A stretch of 64,000 bases of DNA from Bacillales bacterium UBA5729 (lineage in GTDB: Bacteria; Bacillota_I; Bacilli_A; Izemoplasmatales; Hujiaoplasmataceae), in assembly GCA_002419505.1 (NCBI GenBank), contig DIGF01000033.1, positions 12,564-76,563 of the forward strand. Reading direction: 5' to 3'. Shown in pieces: positions 27,395 to 36,600 of the stretch; position 1 is the first letter of the stretch, and every line of letters begins with the position of its first letter. The position numbers and the translations under genes were made by a program. Under the pieces are notes generated by a model that saw nothing but the letters and a program-made list of their open reading frames with translations, had not been told where the DNA came from and searched no databases.

Positions 27395-27425
27395 AACATA
27401 ACTTAGGCTTGTCCTAAGTTATGTT
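27395..27425 (+). terminator. 13-bp perfect stem-loop without U-tract (partial terminator or mRNA stabiliser) after paralog 2
   Basis: aacataacttagg-cttgt-cctaagttatgtt, followed by accttatggg. It lies in the only long (207-nt) intergenic gap of the locus. Confidence 0.45.
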
Positions 27426-27570
27426 ACCTTATGGGTAAATAACCAAATTATATGGTTTAAATTTAAAATAACCAACATTTTTTGGCCATTTCTCAATTTC
27501 CTGATGAAAAAAAGATTAATCTGCTATATAATAGTATGATGTAAGTCTTTTTAGATGAGGAGTGAATTAG

Positions 27571-28272
27571 ATGATGAAAATCGCATTACACAAAGACAAG
27601 GTAAAAAAAATATTAAATATTACTTTTTACGTTGTGATATTTATTGTTTTTGTATACGCAATATTTGGGCTTTTTTCTAAAAAAGAAGGTAACTCTATTT
27701 CTTTTTTAGGTATAACGTCAATGTCAGTACAATCTGGATCAATGTCACCTACTTTTGAAGAAGGAGATTTGATCTTCGTTAAAACTGACTTTAATCCTAG
27801 AGACTTAGTCGAAGGTGATGTTATCACTTACCAAGATTTTAGAATGACAGAAAACGGAATTGTATCCTATTATAACACTCATAGAATTGAAGATATTGAT
27901 AAGAGTGGTACGGTATGGCGATTTATTACCAAAGGTGATGCTAATGCCGAAAATGATCCAAGACAATTATTAGAAAACGAAATCTATGGTGTTTGGACTG
28001 AAAGGTCATGGGCAAAATTTGGTGGTTTCATTGATAATTTTACTAACTTTTTAAAATCAAGTTTGGGATTTTTCCTATTTATTGTTGTGCCATGTTTGGC
28101 TTTACTAGTTTATGAAGTTATTAAATTTATGAAAGTTTATGCAGAATATAACGTTCAAAAACATACCCATGACAGAGTTAAGATGCAAGAAGAAGCGTTA
28201 GCTCAAGCTAGAGCACAACTCGAAGCGGAAGCGAAATCCAAGGCGGATGGTGTAGAACCGAAAAAAGAATGA
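27571..28272 (+). CDS. sipW: signal peptidase I, ER/archaeal type (SipW-like), copy 1
   Basis: GAGGAG RBS. N-terminal TM, catalytic box QSGSMSPTF, His box NTHRIEDI and KGDANAEND box. A C-terminal TM plus a charged tail, as in SipW. Confidence 0.85.
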   Translation: MMKIALHKDKVKKILNITFYVVIFIVFVYAIFGLFSKKEGNSISFLGITSMSVQSGSMSPTFEEGDLIFVKTDFNPRDLVEGDVITYQDFRMTENGIVSYYNTHRIEDIDKSGTVWRFITKGDANAENDPRQLLENEIYGVWTERSWAKFGGFIDNFTNFLKSSLGFFLFIVVPCLALLVYEVIKFMKVYAEYNVQKHTHDRVKMQEEALAQARAQLEAEAKSKADGVEPKKE

Positions 28273-28307
28273 CATCCCATCGCCTAGATTAATGGAGGGA
28301 TGTATTA

Positions 28308-29948
28308 ATGAAAGAATTTTCAGCGTTTTACGTTGACCTTTTTATCGAGATATGGAATGATATAGTATTTTTCTTTAGAGATGCTATTTGGAATAATATA
28401 ATAAAACAATTCTTTAGAAACGTAATCTCATACTGGAATCTTTTAATGGAAGATTCCGTTTTGTACGAGTTTAATACTTTATCATGGATTATGGTTGTGG
28501 TGGCCGCCCTTCTCAACATTACCTTAATCATTTTTATCGTTTTAAGAATCTATTTATGGATTAAAAAATATCTTTCTTTTAGAAGAATTGAAATTGAAAA
28601 GAATGAACTTATCGAAGAAATCGCCGAACTAAATGAAAAAGTTATCGATTTAATCGATGAAAAGAATCAAATATTAGCTATGAAAGTTAGTCAATTAGGA
28701 ATTAATGCCAGAACTGGTGAAAGCGGAGAAGTTTATTATGCAAATGCAAATAAGCCAGGTTTACAACCAGCCTTTGGACAAGCCGGTACAGGTGGAGTTA
28801 ACTCTGGAGTTGTACCACTCAGTTCAGGCGATGGTTCTAGTCCGATAAATCCTGCTGGACCATCAAGATTCGTTAAATTAATTCAAGTTGATAAAGAATA
28901 TGCTGGTAAAGACACTCATATTTATATGGAAGATAGTGATTATGTCGCCTTACCAGAACTAGTAACGAGATTTGTTAATTTCGCCGCTTCACAGTTAAAG
29001 TTATACTATACACCAAGAATGGTTTCTTATTTCTTTGCTGGTATGGCTGCTTCAAAAATTATTATTCTAGAAGGTATCTCCGGTACAGGGAAAACCTCAT
29101 TACCATATGCTATGGGTAAGTTTTTCGATAATCCAGCTGCGATGATTTCAGTTCAACCGGCTTGGCGTGACCGCGCGGAAATCTTAGGATACTTAAATGA
29201 GTTTACTAAAAGATTTAATGAAACTGATTTCTTAAAGAACCTCTATGAAGCAATTTATAGAAAAGATGTAAATTTAATTGTTTTAGATGAGTTAAACCTT
29301 GCGAGAATTGAGTACTATTTCGCTGAGTTTTTATCAATCATGGAAATGCCAGATCCAAATGAATGGAAAATTGACCTTGTCCCAGATTCAAAACCATCTG
29401 ATCCGTTAAAAGTAATTAATGGAAAAATAACTGTTCCACTTAACATTTGGTTTGTTGGTACTGCAAATAAAGATGACTCAACATTTACGATTACTGATAA
29501 GGTTTATGACCGTGCTATCTCATTAGAATTTGACTCTAAAGGTGAATATTTCCAAGCGCCAGATACTAAGCCAATTCACATTTCTAGCGCTTACTTACAA
29601 GAGTTATTCGATGAAGCTTATTATAAGTTCCCAATTAGTGAAGAAACACTTAATAACTTTAAAATCTTAGACAAGTATATTCAAGCGCATTTTAGAATCG
29701 CTTTTGGTAATAGAATCATGACTCAAGTTTATAAGTTTATTCCAGTTTATGTTGCCTGTGGTGGTACTGAACTTGACGGCTTAGATTATATCTTCGCTTA
29801 TAAAGTTTTACGTAAATTTGAGAGTTTAAATTTGGCATTTTTGCAAAATGAACTTAACGAATTAATTAATCAAATTAAAAAGATTTTTGGTAAGAACAGC
29901 TTTGAAGAATCGATTAATTTTATTAAAAACCTACAAAAATTAGTTTAG
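28308..29948 (+). CDS. membrane-anchored McrB-like AAA+ (AAA_5 clade) NTPase
   Basis: TM at about 28479-28566 followed by KKYLSFRR, then a coiled coil, then a Gly/Pro-rich linker. Walker A is GISGTGKTS (29073-29099). VQPAWRDRAEILGYLN. Walker B/sensor block is LIVLDELNLARIEYYFAEFLSIME (29274-29339). WFVGTAN. Confidence 0.75.
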   Translation: MKEFSAFYVDLFIEIWNDIVFFFRDAIWNNIIKQFFRNVISYWNLLMEDSVLYEFNTLSWIMVVVAALLNITLIIFIVLRIYLWIKKYLSFRRIEIEKNELIEEIAELNEKVIDLIDEKNQILAMKVSQLGINARTGESGEVYYANANKPGLQPAFGQAGTGGVNSGVVPLSSGDGSSPINPAGPSRFVKLIQVDKEYAGKDTHIYMEDSDYVALPELVTRFVNFAASQLKLYYTPRMVSYFFAGMAASKIIILEGISGTGKTSLPYAMGKFFDNPAAMISVQPAWRDRAEILGYLNEFTKRFNETDFLKNLYEAIYRKDVNLIVLDELNLARIEYYFAEFLSIMEMPDPNEWKIDLVPDSKPSDPLKVINGKITVPLNIWFVGTANKDDSTFTITDKVYDRAISLEFDSKGEYFQAPDTKPIHISSAYLQELFDEAYYKFPISEETLNNFKILDKYIQAHFRIAFGNRIMTQVYKFIPVYVACGGTELDGLDYIFAYKVLRKFESLNLAFLQNELNELINQIKKIFGKNSFEESINFIKNLQKLV

Positions 29949-29958
29949 GAGGTCCATT

Positions 29959-31500
29959 ATGGATGAAGGAACCGCTAAACGTTATTACAAAAAAATTAAT
30001 ACGACTTTTCAAGGTGTAAATAAGCTTGATGATTTCGCCAAGCAGTATTTAAACCTTCTTGAAAGTTCAAAAATTGAACTTTATCAAAAAGAAAGACGAG
30101 AAAGAAGAATCTTTGATGATTCATGGTTGTCTAATATTGAAGGAATTTTACCAATACTTGATAAACTTACTAGAAATCCAAAAGAAAGCTTAAAGAAAGT
30201 AACTGAAGTTGTGCCTGTAGAACGAGCGAAAAAAATTGATTCAGGTACAATTAGACACTTAGCAGCTAACACACAGTTAATTAAAAAAACCAATAATAAA
30301 GGCGAAATTCAACCTTCTAAATTACTTACAAGTTTTTCTGAATCAGAACTAGGAACCTATGAAAACAGATTTTTAATGACCTTAGTTGACAAGATTTTTA
30401 CATTTATTGAGATTAGATATAAACTCATCAATCGGAAGATGAATACTGAATATGTTAATTTCTTGAAAGTAAATTCAGAAATTGAGTATCAAAGTGCATT
30501 AATTCATTATGATATTACTTTAAAAATTAATCGTAATATGGAGGAAGATGCTGTTTGTAAAAAAAATCAAGAATTATTTGATCGAATGAAAGATTTAAGA
30601 GATGGTATTAGAAACTATAAAAACTCTTCTTTCATGAGGCAGATGTCAGGCTTTCCACCAATTAGACCACCAATTATGAAAACCAATATTATTATGAAGA
30701 ATATTGAATTCATTCAATGTTATGATTTGTGGATGTTTATGGATACAGTCGATAGAGTTGGGTATGAAGTAGATGTATTTGAACGTGACGTTAAATTTGA
30801 TGAAGAGTATATTCGTCAAATTGAAAACACAATGTTAGTCCTTTATGCTACAGTAGCTAATAATCAAACTGAAGAATTCTCTTTATCTCATGAAAATCCT
30901 TTTACATATCGTAAAGTAAAAACACCAAGAGTTCTTACAAAAGTTGACGAAGACAGATATTTAGAATCAGCGGAATTCTTGATTAAAGATGAAACTTTAA
31001 ACCAATATTTCCTAGAACAAATCAGAAAAGATAACGTCGAAAGATATAATACACTTATTGAAGCTGGAATTCCTAAGGATAAAAGCATAGATATAATCCA
31101 TCGAAAACTTTTGGAAATCGCTGATGGAGCTTTTAAAGACTTTATCAATTACACTTTCAACCCTGAAATTGAGAAAGATTTAAATAAAAAAATAGATGTT
31201 CAAAACGAAATTTTAAAAGTATATCGAGATATTGAAAAAGTTAAACGCGAAAACATTAAAGATTTAGAAACAGAAAAAGCTCTTGCTTTATTAGCTCTCA
31301 ATAACTATCGAGAAGAATTAAACAATAGAATCGCTAAACAAAAAGCGGACATAGAAGCTAAAAAAGCGGAAGAAAGAAGATTAAAGCTTCAAAGACAAAA
31401 AGCTATTGCTCAAGAACGCGCAGCAAAAAAGAAGAAAATCGATCGTGCAAAAGAATTGTTAGAAAAAGCTGAAAGAGCTAGAAAATTACAAAATAAATAA
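29959..31500 (+). CDS. soluble partner protein of unknown family with a Lys/Glu-rich C-terminal coiled coil
   Basis: Starts 10 nt after the AAA+ gene with a GGAGGT RBS. No TM. The C-terminal ~110 aa are heptad-like and highly charged (KQKADIEAKKAEERRLKLQRQKAIAQERAAKKKK...). I could find no nuclease motif. Confidence 0.7.
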   Translation: MDEGTAKRYYKKINTTFQGVNKLDDFAKQYLNLLESSKIELYQKERRERRIFDDSWLSNIEGILPILDKLTRNPKESLKKVTEVVPVERAKKIDSGTIRHLAANTQLIKKTNNKGEIQPSKLLTSFSESELGTYENRFLMTLVDKIFTFIEIRYKLINRKMNTEYVNFLKVNSEIEYQSALIHYDITLKINRNMEEDAVCKKNQELFDRMKDLRDGIRNYKNSSFMRQMSGFPPIRPPIMKTNIIMKNIEFIQCYDLWMFMDTVDRVGYEVDVFERDVKFDEEYIRQIENTMLVLYATVANNQTEEFSLSHENPFTYRKVKTPRVLTKVDEDRYLESAEFLIKDETLNQYFLEQIRKDNVERYNTLIEAGIPKDKSIDIIHRKLLEIADGAFKDFINYTFNPEIEKDLNKKIDVQNEILKVYRDIEKVKRENIKDLETEKALALLALNNYREELNNRIAKQKADIEAKKAEERRLKLQRQKAIAQERAAKKKKIDRAKELLEKAERARKLQNK

Positions 31501-31528
31501 TAGAAATTTAAAAAAAGAGGTGATGGAA

Positions 31529-32119
31529 ATGAAAAAACGGTTTATGCTATCGCTAACAGCGTTAATAGCATCTGCTGCTTTATTTGTTATTGCCTCTTTT
31601 GCTTGGTTTGTTTTAAGCACTTATTCACCTGTTGACACTATTCCTGGAGGAACCAAGGGGGTATTATATGATTTAGGTGGAGAGTTTATAATTGGAAGTG
31701 TTATTTATCCTGAACTTGAACTTTTAAGCGAAGATATATCAATCACGAGCTATTCAACAGAAAGTCTATATTTAAGAATTAAGATAGTATATTTAAGAAT
31801 TAATGTTAATTATATTGATTCAGAGTATGTAGTTTCATCTCCCACAATAGACATATATAGTGACAATTTTAATGATGAACATTTATCAGTAATCCTTAAT
31901 TCAAATTTCTTTTATGAGAGCGATGAGTATTGGTATTATGACGAATTAATTTATGGTGATTCTGTTACACACACCTTAATAACTTCGCTTTATTATGATG
32001 GTTTCAAAGCTAGTAACGAGTATGCCACTGAACCTTTAAGCATAAGCATAATTCTTGAAGTAAGCACTGGTGAAGATGGTGTATGGGATCCGCTCACTAC
32101 CTTAACCACAACCACGTAG
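31529..32119 (+). CDS. TasA/camelysin-like secreted protein, paralog 3 (small)
   Basis: GAGGTG lies 6 nt upstream of ATG 31529. The signal peptide ends IASFAWFVLST. The C-terminal NEYATEPLSISIILEV resembles the family ending. Thr-rich tail. Confidence 0.6.
   Translation: MKKRFMLSLTALIASAALFVIASFAWFVLSTYSPVDTIPGGTKGVLYDLGGEFIIGSVIYPELELLSEDISITSYSTESLYLRIKIVYLRINVNYIDSEYVVSSPTIDIYSDNFNDEHLSVILNSNFFYESDEYWYYDELIYGDSVTHTLITSLYYDGFKASNEYATEPLSISIILEVSTGEDGVWDPLTTLTTTT
31767..31803 (+). repeat. 21-nt-period direct repeat (tatatttaagaattaa x2) inside paralog 3
   Basis: 31767-31782 and 31788-31803 are identical. They encode LYLRIKI / VYLRINV. Confidence 0.8.
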
Positions 32120-32135
32120 TATAAATAGGAGTAAA

Positions 32136-32744
32136 ATGAAAACTGTCTTAAAGAAAGTAATATTTGCTTTGCCGTTTGTATTTATCGGTTTGGCCATGAT
32201 AATGATGGTTCAGTTAGGTATCTCATTGAAAAACAATGAAGTACCTAATATTTTTAATCGCGCCATGTTATACGTTAAAACACCATCAATGGAAGATACG
32301 ATTATGGCTGGAGACTTAATTTTTATCAATGTTAAAGACAGAGACTTCTATGAAGAAGATATCATTAGTTTTAGAAGACCTGATAAACCGGAGATAATTA
32401 TTACCCACAGAATTGTAAATATAGATGGTGATTTAATTACCACAAAAGGAGATAACAACTACACCTCAGAAACCTGGGAAATAAACTTTTCTAAGGATTT
32501 TGTTTTGGGTTCTTATGTAGGGAAATCAAGTTTATTAGGGTCTGTTTACGAAGTTTTATTTTTAAACAGTTTAAATGTTTTGTTTGGACTGATTACTGTC
32601 GTGTTTTTGCTTATTGGGGTAATTGAAATGAGAAATATTATTAAACTGCTTTCTCAGAAAAAAGCAGCTGAAATTGAAGCGGAAAAGCAACAAATGATTG
32701 AAGAATATAAAGAAAAAATAAAAAGTGAGAAGGAACAAAAATGA
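32136..32744 (+). CDS. sipW: signal peptidase I, ER/archaeal type (SipW-like), copy 2
   Basis: N-terminal TM, Ser box KTPSMEDTI, His box ITHRIVNI, TKGDNNYTSE box, and a C-terminal TM plus a charged tail. Confidence 0.85.
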   Translation: MKTVLKKVIFALPFVFIGLAMIMMVQLGISLKNNEVPNIFNRAMLYVKTPSMEDTIMAGDLIFINVKDRDFYEEDIISFRRPDKPEIIITHRIVNIDGDLITTKGDNNYTSETWEINFSKDFVLGSYVGKSSLLGSVYEVLFLNSLNVLFGLITVVFLLIGVIEMRNIIKLLSQKKAAEIEAEKQQMIEEYKEKIKSEKEQK

Positions 32745-33532
32745 GAGCAATCATCCTAGCAAGCGGCTCACAAGCTAATGTTACTTATTTAGAAATTGGT
32801 GAGAGTAAAATTTTAATCGACTGTGGCTTAAGCTATAGACAAATCGTTTATCGTTTAAAAGAACATAATAAAAATCTCGATAACTTAAACGCAGTTTTCA
32901 TCACTCATGAACACGCTGATCACGTTGCGGGTTTGAGAGTGTTAGCTAAAAATCACAAGATGAAAATTGTCCTTAGCGAAGGCACTTATCAAGGGTTAAA
33001 TAAAAGGTTTTTAGGTGAGATCGATGAAGAATTATTTCTGATAGTCAAGAGCTTGGAAAGCTTTGAATTTGGTGATTTTCAAGTTTTGCCTTTTGCAACT
33101 TATCACGACGCAGTTGAACCTTTCGGCTATCGCTTTATTGAAGAAAATCGATCATTGGTATATATGACTGACACCGGATATTTCCCAATTAAATACTATG
33201 AATATCTAAAAGATGCGGATTGCTATATCGTCGAAAGTAACCATGAAGTGGAAATGCTTTTAGAGAGTGCGAGACCTTGGCTTTTAAAAAGGAGAATTCT
33301 AGATGATGAAGGTCATTTGTCAAATGAAGATAGTGCGAATTTAATTTTAAATCTTGTTGGTGAAAGAACTAAACAAATCGTTTTAGCACATCTCTCTCAA
33401 GAATGCAATTTAGAGAGAGTAGCTTTAGAAACATATGAAAAAGTTTTCCTAGAACAAGGCATAGATATTAAGAATTATCGAATTTGTGCAGCTAATCAAA
33501 ATCATTCAACTGATGAAATCATTATTGAATGA
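32741..33532 (+). CDS. MBL-fold metallo-hydrolase (YycJ/WalJ-like)
   Basis: ITHEHADHVAG (HxHxDH) motif. About 263 aa. Its ATG overlaps the sipW-2 TGA (ATGA). Confidence 0.85.
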   Translation: MRAIILASGSQANVTYLEIGESKILIDCGLSYRQIVYRLKEHNKNLDNLNAVFITHEHADHVAGLRVLAKNHKMKIVLSEGTYQGLNKRFLGEIDEELFLIVKSLESFEFGDFQVLPFATYHDAVEPFGYRFIEENRSLVYMTDTGYFPIKYYEYLKDADCYIVESNHEVEMLLESARPWLLKRRILDDEGHLSNEDSANLILNLVGERTKQIVLAHLSQECNLERVALETYEKVFLEQGIDIKNYRICAANQNHSTDEIIIE

Positions 33533-33571
33533 TTTTATTTTTTTTAGTGCCAAAATAAAACCAAATTACAA

Positions 33572-33600
33572 TTGTCTTTAAAGTGAATTTAAGTTATAAT
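33572..33600 (+). promoter_or_regulatory. sigma-A promoter for the PFOR gene
   Basis: TTGTCT (33572-77), a 17-nt spacer, then TATAAT (33595-33600). Confidence 0.55.
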
Positions 33601-33656
33601 AAGATGTGGATTATGTGCTAAGAAAGAATTAGCGAAAAATATATAGGAGGTTGTTT

Positions 33657-36600
33657 ATGACAACAAAAAAAGTTTATCAGTCAATGGATGGGAACCAAGC
33701 TGCTGCTTACACTTCATATGCTTTTACTGAAGTAGCGGGTATCTATCCTATCACCCCGTCATCTCCAATTCCAGAGTACGTTGATCAATGGGCTGCAGAA
33801 GGAAAGAAAAATCTGTTCGGTATGCCAGTTAAGGTTGTAGAGATGCAATCAGAAGCAGGTGCTGCGGCAACTGTTCATGGATCATTAATGACTGGAGCTT
33901 TGACGACTACTTATACTGCATCACAAGGATTGCTACTGAAGATTCCTAACATGTATAAAATATCCGGAGAATTACTACCAGGAGTTATCCATGTAGCAGC
34001 TCGTTCAATAGCAGCTCATGCATTATCAATCTTTGGTGATCACCAAGATATTTATGCTGCAAGAATGACAGGATTTGCGATTTTAGCATCAGGTTCAGTT
34101 CAAGAAACTATGGACCTTGGTGGAATCGCTCATTTAGCAGCGATAAAATCAAGTATTCCCTTCATTCATTTCTTCGATGGTTTCAGAACTTCTCATGAAG
34201 TTAACAAAATCGAAGTTATGCCTTATGAAGTCTTTGATCGTTTATTAGATAGAGAAGCACTAAAAAAATTCCGTCAAAGAGGATTAAATTCAACTAACCC
34301 TAGAATTATGGGTACTGCTCAAAACGATGACGTTTACTTCCAAGCAAAAGAAGTTCAAGAACAATTCTATCGTCCAATTCCTGATATTGTTAATGAATAT
34401 ATGAAAGAAATTTCTAAAGAAACAGGAAGAGAGTACAAACCATTCAATTACTACGGAGCTAAAGATGCTACAAGAGTAATTATCGCTATGGGTTCAGTTA
34501 CTGATACGATTAAAGAAGTTATCGACAACCTAATTGAAAAAGGCGAAAAAGTTGGTTTAATATCAGTTCATTTATATCGTCCTTTCTCAAGTAAATACTT
34601 CTTTGACATCCTACCTGAAACTGTAGAAAAAATTGCGGTTTTAGATAGAACAAAAGAAGCAGGCTCTGCTGGAGAACCGCTTTATGTAGATGTAAAATCA
34701 ATATTCTATAATCGTGAAAAACAACCAGCAATCATCGGTGGCAGATATGGTCTATCTTCAAAAGATACAACTCCTGCTCAGATCTTTGCGGTTTATGAAA
34801 ACTTACAAAATGAAATGAAAGACAACTTTACAATCGGTATCGTTGATGATGTTATGTATTCATCGTTAGCTGATGTTGAAGGCGAAGATGTTACCGATCC
34901 AGCAACTACAGAATTACTATTCTTCGGTTTAGGTTCTGACGGTACAGTTGGTGCGGTTAAAAATATTTCTAAGATTATCGGTGACTACACTGATCTTTAT
35001 GGACAAGCTTACGCTTCTTACGATTCTAAGAAGAGTGGCGGTGTAACAAGGATGCATTTGCGTTTTGGTAAAAACCCAATTCGTTCAACTTACCTTGTTA
35101 ACCATCCTCACTTTGTATCTTGTTCTCAAGAAAGTTACCTATCCAGATTTGATCTTATCAAGGGTATTAGAAAGAACGGAACCTTCCTTTTAGCTACTAC
35201 TAAAAATAAAGATGAAATCGAAAGTCACTTACCTGACAAAGTTAAGAAAATTCTTGCAAAACGCAATGCTAAACTATATATCATCGATGCTTATAAATTA
35301 GCTAAAGAAATCGGTGAAGTAAAAATGGTTTCAACAATTATGCAATCCGCTTTCTTCAAGCTTAATGAACAAATCATGAAGTTTGAAAAAGCTCAAGATG
35401 CAATGAAATCATATGCTAAGAAATCTTTCTCAAGCAAAGGTGAAGAAATTGTCGCAATGAACTTTAAAGCGATTGATTTAGGCGCTGACGGTTTAGTAGA
35501 AATTAAAGTAAAACCTGAATGGGCAGACTTAAAAACTGAAGTACCTTTAGATGAAAAGCGTCCAGATTTCGTAAGAAATATCGCTGATGCAGTAAATGCA
35601 ATCAATGGTTATGATTTACCTACATCAGCCTTCTTGGGTATTGAAGACGGGCAAATTCCAAGTGGCACAGCACGTTATGAAAAACGCGGAGTCGCTGAAG
35701 AAGTTTCTACTTGGATTAATGAAAACTGTATCCAATGTAACCAATGTGCTTACGCATGTCCTCATGCTTGTATTAGAGCAATCTTAGCTACTGATGAAGA
35801 AGTTAAAAACGCTCCAGTAGATGCACCATGGCTTGAAGCTAAAGGCAAAGGTTTAGAAGGATTAAAATATCGTATTGAAGTTTCGATTCTTGACTGTACT
35901 GGATGTATGGTTTGCGTAAACACTTGTCCAGCACCTACAAAAGCTTTGAAAATGAGTCCTATTCAAGACCGTATTGAAGCAAAAGAACATATTCTAGCTG
36001 ACTACTTATATAATGAAGTTCCATATAAGGGAGACTTAGTTGGCAAGAATACTTATAAAAACACAGTCTTCAACCAACCATTATTCGAATTTTCTGGAGC
36101 TTGTGCTGGTTGTGGTGAAACACCATATATCAGATTCGTTACACAATTATTTGGTGAAAGAATGGTAATTGCGAACGCTACAGGTTGTTCTTCAATCTAC
36201 GGCGCTTCCTTCCCTGCATCACCTTATACAACTAATTCTGAAGGCAGAGGTCCAGCGTGGGCTAACTCATTATTTGAAGATAATGCAGAATATGGATTTG
36301 GCATGAAAATTGCTCAAGATACAATCAGAGATCGCATTCAAAACATGATCATCAACAATCAAGATAGTTTTGAAGCTGAGTTGAAAGAACTGCTAAATTC
36401 ATGGATTGAAAACCGTGAAGACGGAGACAAGACTTTAGAAATTTATCGTGAACTTGTTCCATTATTAGCAAAAAGCAAATCACCTGTTGCTAAAGATATC
36501 CTCGAGATTAAAGAACAATTAGTTCGTCAATCACAATGGATTATCGGTGGTGACGGTTGGGCTTATGATATTGGTTATGGCGGATTAGATCACGTCATGG

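Noticed and set aside
29959-31500. PD-(D/E)xK nuclease motif in the AAA+ partner protein, which would make the pair a standard McrBC.
   Set aside because: The only D...DxK-like string (EVDVFERDVK) has a spacing far too short for the motif, and no other candidate was found by eye. The absence needs confirmation by a profile or structure search.
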